Shown: piece after piece, positions 1-9,391 of the stretch
Numbering within the stretch: position 1 is the first letter of the stretch
Layout: each line of letters begins with the position of its first letter
Virus record (IMG/VR): IMGVR_UViG_3300042514_001858
Location: 64,001 to 128,000 of that record
DNA from: a virus
Direction: 5' to 3' (one strand)
DNA length: 64,000 nucleotides
The notes under the pieces: model-generated
What the model was told of the DNA's origin: nothing
Seen by the model: the letters and a program-made list of their open reading frames with translations, nothing else
The model's database searches: none
Translations under genes and position numbers: made by a program

Positions 1-11
1 GCATATTAATC

Positions 12-479
12 ATGAGTATAGAAATCTTCAATAACACACTATTAAAAATTTTATTCCGTCAAGGAACTGATAATGAACGCCAAAATATAATTTTTAATTC
101 GGGGGAACCTGCTTTCACTACTGATACCAAACGATTATTTATTGGTGATGGGGTGACGACTGGTGGTATCCTTGCTGGCAATCTATTTAAAGGGACAGTG
201 ACAAATATCACCAGTGTCGCTCCAGCAGAAATTGGTGATACTGCTTATAATAGTGACACTAAAATACTATATCGACTGAAGAGTGGCACTGGAGCTAATA
301 TTGGCGATTGGGAGGCTATTGGAGGTAAAGGAATTGATAGTAACACTCAAATATCTGTTTTTGGTAGCACTATAACAAATTTAGTAAGCACTAATAGAAC
401 AACTTTTTCAACTTTATCAACTACTCGGGATGCGAATACGTTCTACATAGTAACTAATGATAATTATATTTTAATGTAA
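12..479 (+). CDS. Tail-fibre/virion protein with Mtd-N-like N-terminal domain
   Basis: LFRQGT...GEPAFTTDTKRLFIGDG motif typical of phage fibre N-termini. Confidence 0.65.
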   Translation: MSIEIFNNTLLKILFRQGTDNERQNIIFNSGEPAFTTDTKRLFIGDGVTTGGILAGNLFKGTVTNITSVAPAEIGDTAYNSDTKILYRLKSGTGANIGDWEAIGGKGIDSNTQISVFGSTITNLVSTNRTTFSTLSTTRDANTFYIVTNDNYILM

Positions 480-539
480 TTTAAAAAGTAAATTTTATAA
501 ATTTATCCCCTATTATGGGATATTATATCTACAATTCCT

Positions 540-1187
540 ATGCCTACTACATCTCCACCTACTACCTCTACTTCTACCTCTACATCTACTACCTCTGCGC
601 CTCCACCTACATCTCCACCTTCTACCTCTACTTCTACCTCTACATCTACTACCTCTGCGCCTCCACCTACATCTCCACCTACTACATCTACCTCTACATC
701 TACCTCTACATCTACCTCTACTTCTACCTCTACTTCTACTACCTCTGCGCCTCCACCTACATCTCCACCTACTACATCTACCTCTACCTCCACATCTACC
801 TCCACATCTACCTCCACATCTACCTCTACATCTACCTCTACTTCTACCTCCACATCTACCTCTACATCTACTTCTACTACATCTCCACCCACACCTCCAC
901 CTACTACACCTCCACCTACCACATCTCCACCCACCACTGAAAAATGTTGCGTACCTCCACCAGAAGTCACAGTAAATTTACCACCTATTTTACCACTTTT
1001 CACTACAATTTCAATATTACCATTATCAACTTTAATTACGCCACCAACCACTTTAAACCCTTTAAATATCAATATAACAGCCACAACCACGACAACCACG
1101 ACAACCACGACAACCACGACAACCACTATTCCAACAATTTTAATTCCAAAATGTTTGGATAATAGTTGCAATAAATTGGGATTCTGA
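540..1187 (+). CDS. Thr/Ser/Pro-rich mucin-like protein with Cys-containing C-terminus
   Basis: (ST)n, PPT and poly-T tracts followed by EKCC...KCLDNSC; this frame runs on into non-repetitive plausible coding sequence. Confidence 0.6.
   Translation: MPTTSPPTTSTSTSTSTTSAPPPTSPPSTSTSTSTSTTSAPPPTSPPTTSTSTSTSTSTSTSTSTSTTSAPPPTSPPTTSTSTSTSTSTSTSTSTSTSTSTSTSTSTSTSTSTTSPPTPPPTTPPPTTSPPTTEKCCVPPPEVTVNLPPILPLFTTISILPLSTLITPPTTLNPLNINITATTTTTTTTTTTTTTTIPTILIPKCLDNSCNKLGF
541..937. repeat. Coding tandem repeats (6-bp ST units nested in ~60-bp units)
   Basis: ctccacctacatctccacct...acctctgcgc unit recurs three times; tctacc/tctaca hexamers. Confidence 0.9.
1082..1127. repeat. 9-bp tandem repeat (ACAACCACG)n encoding poly-Thr
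   Basis: Direct inspection. Confidence 0.85.
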
Positions 1188-1198
1188 TAATTATCTTG

Positions 1199-2038
1199 AT
1201 GAGAAAATTGACCATTGGAATGGCAACATATGATGATTATGATGGATTATATTTTTCAATACAAGCTATTAGAATGTATCACGCAGAAGTGTTGGATGAT
1301 ATCGAATTTGTCATTATTGACAATAATCCCGATTCAAGCCATGGTAAAGCAGTTAGGGATTTGACCAATTGGATCAAAGAACCCTTTCAATATCTCCCAT
1401 TTACTAAATTTAAATCCACTACTGTTAAAAATAAAGTTTTTGAATTGGCAGACACCCCTTACGTTTTATGTATGGATTCTCATGTATTTTTAGAACAAGG
1501 TTCTTTAAAAAAATTAATAAGTTTCTACGATAATAAACTCGACGATGGTAATCTACTACAAGGACCGATCATTTATGATGATCTGAAAAATTATTCCACA
1601 CATTTCGACTTTACATGGGGAGGACACATGTGGGGAACTTGGCAAACAGATGAAAGAGGATCAGATAAAAACAATGATCCATTTGAAATCCCCTCTCAAG
1701 GTATGGGTCTTTTCTCGTGTAGGAAGGATTCTTGGTTGGGATTCAACAAAGAATTTCGTGGATTCGGAGGAGAAGAGGGGTATATCCATAAAAAATACAA
1801 AAAACATGGTAGAAAAACACTATGCTTACCGTTTTTAAGATGGTTACACCGTTTTAACAGACCAAATGGTATTACCTATCCAAATAAATATGATGAAAGA
1901 TTTCGTAATTACATGATAGGATTTCACGAATTAAATCTTCCGACAAACGAATTGAAAGAACATTTCAAAGACGTATTATCGGAAGATAAACAATCGGAAA
2001 TTGAGAAAGAAGTTATAGGATTACTTCAAAATTCCTAG
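1199..2038 (+). CDS. Glycosyltransferase family 2
   Basis: LTIGMATYDD, VIIDNNP, LCMDSH (DxD-like), FRGFGGEEG; ATG 1199 lies 5 nt after TAATTA. Confidence 0.85.
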   Translation: MRKLTIGMATYDDYDGLYFSIQAIRMYHAEVLDDIEFVIIDNNPDSSHGKAVRDLTNWIKEPFQYLPFTKFKSTTVKNKVFELADTPYVLCMDSHVFLEQGSLKKLISFYDNKLDDGNLLQGPIIYDDLKNYSTHFDFTWGGHMWGTWQTDERGSDKNNDPFEIPSQGMGLFSCRKDSWLGFNKEFRGFGGEEGYIHKKYKKHGRKTLCLPFLRWLHRFNRPNGITYPNKYDERFRNYMIGFHELNLPTNELKEHFKDVLSEDKQSEIEKEVIGLLQNS

Positions 2039-2251
2039 ATCATACTCATATTGAACATCAGAAAGCATTGCATGATATCGCTCATTAATGTATTTTTCAA
2101 ATGCCAATGGCTTAATCATGTTGATGGGATCAATGTTTAATTCTTCAGATTTGTTTTCAATAAAGATAAATGCTTCTGCTAAACATGCCCATCTTGCAAA
2201 TTCAGTCAATGTCATTTCCACTTTCCCTTTTTTAGTTTCTATTTTTATCAT
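2021..2251 (-). CDS. Hypothetical protein
   Basis: Overlapping, coupled ORF in minus-strand operon. Confidence 0.6.
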   Translation of the reverse strand: MIKIETKKGKVEMTLTEFARWACLAEAFIFIENKSEELNIDPINMIKPLAFEKYINERYHAMLSDVQYEYDLGILK

Positions 2252-2747
2252 TTGTATTTTCTTTAATTAGTTTATCAATGTTAAGTTCTTCGATTGGTTC
2301 AGTAATCAGTATAGTATCCAATTTAAGTGTGACAGAATATTTGTTTTTGCAGTGGTCACATTCAACCACAAATTCTTCCATTGGTTTAAAAATACCATCG
2401 AACATGTTGTTACCACAATTACAGGGGAATTTAACAGATGCTTCGTCCAATAGTTCCTCATAATTTTTAATAACTTCTTCTTGCTCAGTGATTACTGTAT
2501 CAGATTCTTGAAGCATATTCTCCAGATTCGTAACACGCTCATCAACTTTTTTCTTTCCTAAAAGTTCTTCTAATTCTTCCACTCTTTTATCATTGCTCTT
2601 TCTGTTTTGTAGCAAGTAATAACCCCACCCGTAACCTAATCCAGCTAATACAAATGATTTAGAGAATTTCTCCAAATTATCTGATATCCCATAAGCAATG
2701 GCACTTGAAGCCACTACTCCCAATAATATTTGTTTTCCGTATTTCAT
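2232..2747 (-). CDS. Membrane protein with coiled coil and C-terminal Zn ribbon
   Basis: Two N-terminal hydrophobic segments; CNC...CDHC. Confidence 0.65.
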   Translation of the reverse strand: MKYGKQILLGVVASSAIAYGISDNLEKFSKSFVLAGLGYGWGYYLLQNRKSNDKRVEELEELLGKKKVDERVTNLENMLQESDTVITEQEEVIKNYEELLDEASVKFPCNCGNNMFDGIFKPMEEFVVECDHCKNKYSVTLKLDTILITEPIEELNIDKLIKENTNDKNRN

Positions 2748-3502
2748 ATTTGTTTTGCTTTTAAAATGATATCTGCTGCAATGTCTGGATCAAATTTGAA
2801 AGAGATCTTAGATGACTCCATGATTCCTTCCAACCTGCCAAATTCTTCGTTTACCATTTGTTCAAATCGCTCGCATGTGTAGTATTGTGGGCTAGTTTTT
2901 AAATCCATCAATTTCTCCCAATACTTCTCATCAAATTCCTTGACATTTACCATGTATTTACCAGTGGTGAAGAACTCAATACCGACTTTACACAATCGAA
3001 GAATCTGAACAAAGTTTTTTGGACTGAACCCATAGGTTTCTACCGCTTTTTTCCTTTTACCGCCTAACTGACCGCTTCTTTGCCCAGTAGCCAATCGAAT
3101 TTCGCTGAATACATAACCCTTTAGTGAATTTTTAAGGGTATTAGTGTCGATTAGATCGTAAGCATGGGACACGATCTCATCAAAGATTGGATGTTTGTAT
3201 GTAAATGCTGTGTCGGGAGCGAATAATATCTCCAATACCTGAGTATTACTCTTTCTCAATAATTTTAAGTATCGAGTGATCTCATAATAAGTAGAGTCGA
3301 TGTCATCAGTCTGGACAATCGATTCGATATTATCCAAATTGGCTAAATATCGCTTATTTTTAGCAACAAATAGACCACGATAATCAACATCGGACTCTGG
3401 TGTGTTCAATCCATACAAAGTAGAACCACCGATCAATTGACAGATCAGCTTTCCTTCGCAATTTTTATATGCTTCGTGATTTTCAATACTATTATCTTTC
3501 AT
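2744..3502 (-). CDS. Pol-beta superfamily nucleotidyltransferase (RlaP/Nuc-transf type)
   Basis: GGSTLYGLNTPESDVDYRG motif; KNFVQILRL C-terminal motif. Confidence 0.85.
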   Translation of the reverse strand: MKDNSIENHEAYKNCEGKLICQLIGGSTLYGLNTPESDVDYRGLFVAKNKRYLANLDNIESIVQTDDIDSTYYEITRYLKLLRKSNTQVLEILFAPDTAFTYKHPIFDEIVSHAYDLIDTNTLKNSLKGYVFSEIRLATGQRSGQLGGKRKKAVETYGFSPKNFVQILRLCKVGIEFFTTGKYMVNVKEFDEKYWEKLMDLKTSPQYYTCERFEQMVNEEFGRLEGIMESSKISFKFDPDIAADIILKAKQI

Positions 3503-3527
3503 TTTCTCAATCCTCTATAATTTGATT

Positions 3528-3932
3528 TCATGTCCACATGTATCCTCTATATTTTACAATAGTGTTCATCAATTCTGTATCTTTATTCAAAAACGAATCT
3601 TCCAGTGTAATAAATTCATCAATATTAGTCCCATCCCATTCATCAACCTGTTTTTTCAAAGCAGGACGCTCATTTTTCAGATAAAGATACACATCGTTAA
3701 GTTCTTTTTGTCTGAGTTTGATGGCATCCACAGTATCCTGTCTAACATGTCCCTTTTGCAACTCTTCAGAAAAGTCATAGCAAGTGTCATTAAGCCCGTC
3801 TTCTTTTTCCACATAGTGAATCAAGGAATCAAAAAGAACAATTTCGATGATTGAGTCTTTATCTATCCATTCACCTTTTAGATTGTCAGTTAGCCACTTC
3901 TGTTGGTTTTTATTTTTATTTTTCTTGCTCAT
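3528..3932 (-). CDS. Hypothetical protein
   Basis: Probable start MSKKNK at 3932; ends KYRGYMWT. Confidence 0.6.
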   Translation of the reverse strand: MSKKNKNKNQQKWLTDNLKGEWIDKDSIIEIVLFDSLIHYVEKEDGLNDTCYDFSEELQKGHVRQDTVDAIKLRQKELNDVYLYLKNERPALKKQVDEWDGTNIDEFITLEDSFLNKDTELMNTIVKYRGYMWT

Positions 3933-3933
3933 A

Positions 3934-4125
3934 TTAATTAAAATTCTCCCTACAATTAAACAACATATCAATTTTTTCTAAATTTTCTCGCATTTGTTCT
4001 TCCGACAAAGAAATATGTCTTGCGATGTAAATTCGATTACCAATATCTCGCAAAATCTCTAATTGATCGAGAGGTTTGTATTCTGTAATAAATTTTAAAT
4101 TTTGTTTATCGGGTATTTCAAACAT
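3934..4125 (-). CDS. Hypothetical protein
   Basis: TATAAT 6 nt upstream of ATG. Confidence 0.5.
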   Translation of the reverse strand: MFEIPDKQNLKFITEYKPLDQLEILRDIGNRIYIARHISLSEEQMRENLEKIDMLFNCRENFN

Positions 4126-4146
4126 GCCCCGATTATACTCTAGTTT

Positions 4147-4500
4147 TTAATTATTACCAATAGTATAATTCGACAATATCTTATCACCATTTTTCATCAA
4201 ATACATCATGATCTTCTCCAGATTACCTTTCAGCTTAATTAGATCACCATTTTTTTGATATTTTTCCATTTTAATGATATTTTCCAATTTGGAAGACGCT
4301 TGAAATGCACTGTCTTGGATATTAGCTAAATATTGAGGCAGTCCTTCAAATTCATATGGGAGAGTGTCTGGTGATTGCGCCATTTTCTCATCCGTTTTAT
4401 ATTTTCTCATCTGTTCAGAAGGATTTAGAGGATTTTTGAAATCAAGATCAATAGCACCAGAGGCAATTGCAGTAGAATAAGGAGAATTTGAAGCAGCCAT
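4147..4500 (-). CDS. Hypothetical late protein
   Basis: TAAATA at 4514-4509 upstream. Confidence 0.6.
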   Translation of the reverse strand: MAASNSPYSTAIASGAIDLDFKNPLNPSEQMRKYKTDEKMAQSPDTLPYEFEGLPQYLANIQDSAFQASSKLENIIKMEKYQKNGDLIKLKGNLEKIMMYLMKNGDKILSNYTIGNN

Positions 4501-4536
4501 ACATAGATTATTTAATCATTTAAGCTAAATAATAAT

Positions 4537-4947
4537 ATGCGAAACAAATTTCAAGCCAAATTCCTTAAATTACTACAAGAAGCACCTGAACTCGATTTCG
4601 ATCCTGCTGCTGAAGAAGCTGCTGCCGCTGGACAATTAGATGATGGAATTAATCTTGATGAGTATGGTGTGGATACAGAAGCAGATCCAAATGTTATGAA
4701 TAGTATGGATGATGGTGGAGATTCTCAAAATCAGCAAATGATTTCCACTGTTGATACGTGGAAAGCAAATCTAGAAAAAATCGATAGTTATCTGAGAGAT
4801 ACTGTTTTGGCATCCATTTCACAATCACGTAATAACACCATTATTGGAGATTTGACGAGTGAGTTAGGATCAATCGAAAGAATTCTAAATAATATTAGTG
4901 AATTCGCTAATGCGATTGACATGTCTGTTGCTAAAAAACGCGAATAA
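4537..4947 (+). CDS. Acidic late protein, possible prohead core/internal head protein
   Basis: TAAATA-N5-ATG; FLKLLQE N-terminus. Confidence 0.55.
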   Translation: MRNKFQAKFLKLLQEAPELDFDPAAEEAAAAGQLDDGINLDEYGVDTEADPNVMNSMDDGGDSQNQQMISTVDTWKANLEKIDSYLRDTVLASISQSRNNTIIGDLTSELGSIERILNNISEFANAIDMSVAKKRE

Positions 4948-4955
4948 ATAATTGA

Positions 4956-5975
4956 TCATTTGATCATTTTCATCTTCACTGTTGCTGCTAACCCTTTATA
5001 GGTGTTCTTCAGAATCAAATCTGTTGGGTATTCATCCATTTCATAAGCCATACATACGGCATTTATGTCTTTGAATCGTTTCCCATCGTATTCAGACCAT
5101 ATAAAGACTTTCTCCCCCATCTCAATGAGCTTTAAAGTCTTTTCTCGTGCAGTCTTGTCAATCCATTGACTATCAAGCACCCAAATTCTCTCAAAGAATT
5201 TTAAACCATCCATTTGTTCTTGTTGACTAAAAGTAAACAATTGTTCACCTTTAGTAATACCTCCAATACCTAATCCGTTTTTTACGAAACAAGCATCTAA
5301 CGGTCCTTCAATGATAAACACCTTATCTAAGTCAGACGATACTCGCTCGATACCGAAGACACTTTTATCTCCACCGTCTTTTGACAAGTAACTTGGAGAT
5401 TCATCATCCAAAATCCTTCTGGATTGGTAATAGATTATCTTACCTGACTCGTCTTTGAATGGTATCACTAGACGATTATTATGCACACGGTCTTTCAACG
5501 ACAAATAGAATGCATCAGGACGGTTTACAGCCTTATTCAATCGTCTCTCCTTGATATAATCCAAGGCTTTTTTGACAATCTTATTATTCTTGTAGTAATC
5601 TGTCTGATTTTTATCAGATAAATTAATACTATCCACTGGTAAAGACGATGTAGTCTTTGGTTTTTCTTCTTTTTCTTCTAAATCCATCACATTTATCATG
5701 CCGAAATTACCCTTTTCAATCTCATCGACTATCTGATTGAATGACATTCCCGAAACTTCCTTGATCCATTTATAGGGTTTAGATGACCATCCACAATTAT
5801 GGCAAAAAATGTTATCATTTTCTGGAATGTAGAAGCATCTCTTCTTATGACCCCAGCTTTTTCCCTCCCTACAAATAGGGCAACAACAATTATACGTGTT
5901 CCCATGAGTATTATGACTTACTTTATACCCGAATTCGTAAAATTTGGATACTACGTAATCACTTGGAACTTCCAC
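4956..5975 (-). CDS. gp61: DNA primase (T4 gp61-like)
   Basis: Zn finger CPIC...CHNC; TOPRIM IIEGPLD; probable GTG start at 5975 (ORF track extends to 6206). Confidence 0.9.
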   Translation of the reverse strand: MEVPSDYVVSKFYEFGYKVSHNTHGNTYNCCCPICREGKSWGHKKRCFYIPENDNIFCHNCGWSSKPYKWIKEVSGMSFNQIVDEIEKGNFGMINVMDLEEKEEKPKTTSSLPVDSINLSDKNQTDYYKNNKIVKKALDYIKERRLNKAVNRPDAFYLSLKDRVHNNRLVIPFKDESGKIIYYQSRRILDDESPSYLSKDGGDKSVFGIERVSSDLDKVFIIEGPLDACFVKNGLGIGGITKGEQLFTFSQQEQMDGLKFFERIWVLDSQWIDKTAREKTLKLIEMGEKVFIWSEYDGKRFKDINAVCMAYEMDEYPTDLILKNTYKGLAATVKMKMIK

Positions 5976-6246
5976 CAATCTTCTTTGATTGATGTTGGTA
6001 TTCCGCTTTGATAACTTGGAAGATATTTCTTGGAAGAGTTTCAATGTATTCGATGATACCTTGTTCTTGTGCAAAGTCAAATTTTTCTTTTGGGACTCTT
6101 CGAATTTCCATCGATGGTGTGGAAAGAAAAACGTATTCATCGTTATCTTTTTTAATAAAATTAAAGAATTGACCAACGAAGTCCCCTGCTTGAACAGCAT
6201 AAACATCGCCTTTTTTTATTTTTGGTTTTAAAAAATTAAATATCAT
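5959..6246 (-). CDS. Hypothetical protein
   Basis: Coupled to neighbours. Confidence 0.6.
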   Translation of the reverse strand: MIFNFLKPKIKKGDVYAVQAGDFVGQFFNFIKKDNDEYVFLSTPSMEIRRVPKEKFDFAQEQGIIEYIETLPRNIFQVIKAEYQHQSKKIGGSSK

Positions 6247-6547
6247 CTGTTATGCTCATTCTATTAGTCATAAACTCTCCAAATTTTTGGATAAAGAGAT
6301 TCTGCATGGCGTTATCTTCTAATTTATTAGAATGAAATGAGATTTCCACAACATTTCCATCTAAATCATAACCAATGAGTTTACCGCATGTTAAAAATTC
6401 TTGCATTGTAGCCTTTAAAGCACTTTTAATTACGCTTTTACTACCTTTTCTATCTCTTTTGAGTTTTTGTTTTAAAGATTCTCTAAGAATTTCCAATACT
6501 CTTTCATCAACAAATACCTCATCAGGGGGTTCATCTCCCTTTTTCAT
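6236..6547 (-). CDS. Hypothetical protein
   Basis: TAAATA-N5-ATG. Confidence 0.65.
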   Translation of the reverse strand: MKKGDEPPDEVFVDERVLEILRESLKQKLKRDRKGSKSVIKSALKATMQEFLTCGKLIGYDLDGNVVEISFHSNKLEDNAMQNLFIQKFGEFMTNRMSITDDI

Positions 6548-6555
6548 AATATTAT

Positions 6556-6882
6556 TTAGTCTTTTTTATAGACTGAATTTTCTTCGATCTGTCCAATGCC
6601 CTTTTCAATCAAAATGGTGATAATAATCTCCATACTTTGTGTTTTGAGGTTGAAATTTTTAATAAAACGGTTTCCACCGTCATTAATCTCGAATAAAATA
6701 TCACCTTTGAACTCTTTATTTTGATAACAAGTAATCATTACAGATGTATTACTTGGATCTACCATCACAGACCATTTACGAGGATCGTGTTGACCATATT
6801 GATCAAATAATTTAACCACGACGAAACCAGAATCTCTCAATCTTTTAACAAAATAACCCTGTGTGGTAATATTATTCTTCAT
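6556..6882 (-). CDS. Hypothetical protein
   Basis: TAAATA-N5-ATG. Confidence 0.65.
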   Translation of the reverse strand: MKNNITTQGYFVKRLRDSGFVVVKLFDQYGQHDPRKWSVMVDPSNTSVMITCYQNKEFKGDILFEINDGGNRFIKNFNLKTQSMEIIITILIEKGIGQIEENSVYKKD

Positions 6883-6896
6883 AGAAATATTTACTG

Positions 6897-7421
6897 TTAT
6901 TTTGATTTTTGCAAGAGAAATTCTTCTACTGATGAGTAGAAATTGTCATTCTCAAAATTCGTCCCGTAATAAGATGTAATATTAAGATAACGATCAGGTT
7001 TAATACCAATATAAATCATTTTTTGTTCATTCAATCTAGAAGGAAGATTATCGATCAAAACATTATCAGAATGTAATATTTTAGTATTAGTCCCATAATT
7101 TCTACCATCGTATGCTGTCTTAAATGTTGCTTGGTGAATATCCTCTCTGGGGATTATATTTTCAGGAGGAAAGTCAAAACAAGCTGATGTTGATACTTTT
7201 GTCGCGTAATCTCTAGACGCAATTGTCAATATATACACGTTTTCCAATCCAACATAGCTACGTGCCAATTTAATGACATCGAGTGCTGATGGTCGAACTT
7301 TGATGTCGTAAACACCGCTGTATTCTAATGCGATAGTAAAATCACAATCGATTGGATTTCGTGATGATGGTGATCCCGATATTAATGTCTCGTCAAGATC
7401 TATGAAAATTTTATTTAGCAT
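6897..7421 (-). CDS. HAD-superfamily phosphatase (NIF/FCP1-like)
   Basis: IFIDLDETL motif I; KVRP; VLIDN motif. Confidence 0.75.
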   Translation of the reverse strand: MLNKIFIDLDETLISGSPSSRNPIDCDFTIALEYSGVYDIKVRPSALDVIKLARSYVGLENVYILTIASRDYATKVSTSACFDFPPENIIPREDIHQATFKTAYDGRNYGTNTKILHSDNVLIDNLPSRLNEQKMIYIGIKPDRYLNITSYYGTNFENDNFYSSVEEFLLQKSK

Positions 7422-7804
7422 GATAATATTTGTTTAATGATTTGTCTTCCTACTTGATTTGCGGTGTGGACATAGATTTTAATATTTTCCCCACCTTTTA
7501 ATAATGATTTAAGGTAATTGGCACAGTGGATACCACATTTGGTATCAAAATTTTCCCATTCGTAAATTTCAGACCGTGTTGTTTCTTTCATGTAATGAAC
7601 CATGTGGTCTTCACATAAGTCACAATCGAAAGAAACTGCTCGTGGCAACCCCTTTTCGTTGAGGATTTTTACAAAGTCTTCATAATTTCTAACAATTTCC
7701 CAACAACCATTGGGAATATCAGAGTATCCACACAACGTTTTTCCTTCCCTATAAAGAAATGCTTCTTTCGGGGTTCTAATATCGTCTAAGAATAAGTTAT
7801 ACAT
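7415..7804 (-). CDS. Cyclic-phosphate-processing receiver-domain protein
   Basis: LFLDDIRTP, VSFDCDL, VHTANQVG motifs. Confidence 0.75.
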   Translation of the reverse strand: MYNLFLDDIRTPKEAFLYREGKTLCGYSDIPNGCWEIVRNYEDFVKILNEKGLPRAVSFDCDLCEDHMVHYMKETTRSEIYEWENFDTKCGIHCANYLKSLLKGGENIKIYVHTANQVGRQIIKQILSC

Positions 7805-8051
7805 TAGGAATTTTACAAAGTATTGTTGAAATGTTTAATCTTTTTTGGAAATCAGACCATTTGATTGGTGTATCCATATCGACACCATCATTCTGTCTCC
7901 AACCATCAGGGTCCATCATCTGAACATCTGGCATCGTCTTGAGCCATTCGTTTGCAGATTTCTTAGCGAAGACTTTTTCCCATCCTTCAGAATATGCAGA
8001 ATTCTGAGGAGATGTTTTAATGACTTTTCCTGTAATTTCGTTAATCGCCAT
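7797..8051 (-). CDS. Hypothetical protein
   Basis: Probable start MAINEITG at 8051. Confidence 0.55.
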   Translation of the reverse strand: MAINEITGKVIKTSPQNSAYSEGWEKVFAKKSANEWLKTMPDVQMMDPDGWRQNDGVDMDTPIKWSDFQKRLNISTILCKIPNV

Positions 8052-8247
8052 AAATAATTTCTTTTGTTCTTGTGATAAATTCCGATCTGTCACCAATTTC
8101 ACAATTGAAACAGTAGTCCCATAAATAATCTTCAATATCAGGGTTCACCAAGTTCTTGATATTGTTGTAAATTTCTTTTTGTTGATATTCAAGAGCTTGA
8201 ATATTTGCTCTCGCATCCTCTATTTGTAATTTTGTTTCTTCGTCCAT
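8041..8247 (-). CDS. Hypothetical protein
   Basis: In operon with clamp. Confidence 0.55.
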   Translation of the reverse strand: MDEETKLQIEDARANIQALEYQQKEIYNNIKNLVNPDIEDYLWDYCFNCEIGDRSEFITRTKEIIYGD

Positions 8248-8249
8248 AA

Positions 8250-8957
8250 TTAATTCTTCAGTGAGCTAAAAATATATTCCATTTCAAAATCACCACTCTT
8301 CGTGACGATACAACCAACTCCCAACTTGGAATTGATTTTGAATACATTACCAGTCTTCGATACTTTAGACAATAATTTCAAATTGTCAATCTTTAGAATG
8401 AAAGGATTGAGTTCAAATTCAACTTCATCCCCTACAATACTCAGAGTATCACTGTTTGGAACGGTTTCGTCTCCAACTTTCCACACCAAATTACCATCTT
8501 CTGTGAAAATATATAATTTCTTGGTGTTTGTGATGGAAGATTTTTGAAGAATATTGGAAAGGAAATCAAAGTCCAACTCAAATTCGATGTTATATTCAAA
8601 ATTACGAATCTTTTCCAGAGATAACTTGGGTCTAGTGATGACTCCTTCTTCATGGAGATGATATTTGAATTTGATTTGCTTATCTTTATACTCCAAATGG
8701 TTTCCGTTCAACTTTAGCTTTACAGTATCAGATGATACCATGTCTAATGCTTTGGAAAGTTTCTTCAAAGAAGGTAGATTTAAATTCTTTTCTTCAAAAT
8801 CACCTCTTAGATATGCATGAGCATACATGGAGTTATCCTCACTAGAGGAAATCCCATGTATGCCATCATCTGTCATTTCTAGAACACATGTGTCACTTAT
8901 TTGCGACAAGCTTAACAATAGGTTCTGAAACGGTTTTCTGTTTAGATTGATTTGCAT
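8250..8957 (-). CDS. gp45: DNA sliding clamp (gp45/PCNA-like)
   Basis: 235 aa two-domain beta/alpha pattern, LNLPSLKKL, NLKLL; replication context. Confidence 0.7.
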   Translation of the reverse strand: MQINLNRKPFQNLLLSLSQISDTCVLEMTDDGIHGISSSEDNSMYAHAYLRGDFEEKNLNLPSLKKLSKALDMVSSDTVKLKLNGNHLEYKDKQIKFKYHLHEEGVITRPKLSLEKIRNFEYNIEFELDFDFLSNILQKSSITNTKKLYIFTEDGNLVWKVGDETVPNSDTLSIVGDEVEFELNPFILKIDNLKLLSKVSKTGNVFKINSKLGVGCIVTKSGDFEMEYIFSSLKN

Positions 8958-9339
8958 ACGTCTTTTCTATCAGATTATTTTGCTTTGTCAACTTATTGGA
9001 AATTTCTTTCAACAAAATAATAATTTCTTCCACTTTAGTCGGCTCCAAATTCAATTCCAATTGCCCATCATCCACTTTTTGTGGCATTGGTGCATACTGG
9101 GGAACTTGAGGTAATTGTTGGGGTGGTAAATTAACAATTGGGGGTTGATGGACTTGTTGATGCTGAACAGGGCGAGGAGCTTGTTGTCTTTGCGTTTGGA
9201 TATACTCGTTCATACCATTTTTCAGAGTCTGTGCTGATGTGATAAGTGTTGATGGTCTATCAACCATCATTTGGTCAATCTGATTGGATTGACCAATCAA
9301 AAATGCCATTGCTTCAATTTCTTCGGGAATGTTATTCAT
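8893..9339 (-). CDS. Hypothetical Q/P-rich protein
   Basis: GQLELNL clamp-binding-like motif; adjacent to clamp gene. Confidence 0.6.
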   Translation of the reverse strand: MNNIPEEIEAMAFLIGQSNQIDQMMVDRPSTLITSAQTLKNGMNEYIQTQRQQAPRPVQHQQVHQPPIVNLPPQQLPQVPQYAPMPQKVDDGQLELNLEPTKVEEIIILLKEISNKLTKQNNLIEKTYANQSKQKTVSEPIVKLVANK

Positions 9340-9344
9340 AATTT

Positions 9345-9384
9345 ATTAAAGGGAAACCCTCCCCACCGATTGATGGAGAGGGTT
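9345..9384 (-). terminator. Stem-loop/terminator after gp32
   Basis: Minus strand AACCCTCTCCATC-aatc-GGTGGGGAGGGTT followed by TCCCTTT. Confidence 0.6.
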
Positions 9385-9391
9385 AGTAGGG

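Noticed and set aside
12-479. Diversity-generating retroelement suggested by the Mtd-N-like domain
   Set aside because: No reverse transcriptase and no adenine-specific TR/VR pair seen; the 12.1/13.1-kb duplicate differs mostly at synonymous sites.
541-937. Possible CRISPR array
   Set aside because: Repeats are contiguous coding units with no unique spacers.
503-1171. Val/Glu/Gly-rich minus ORF and Tyr-rich or NHD-repeat plus ORFs
   Set aside because: Shadow frames of the S/T/P repeat.
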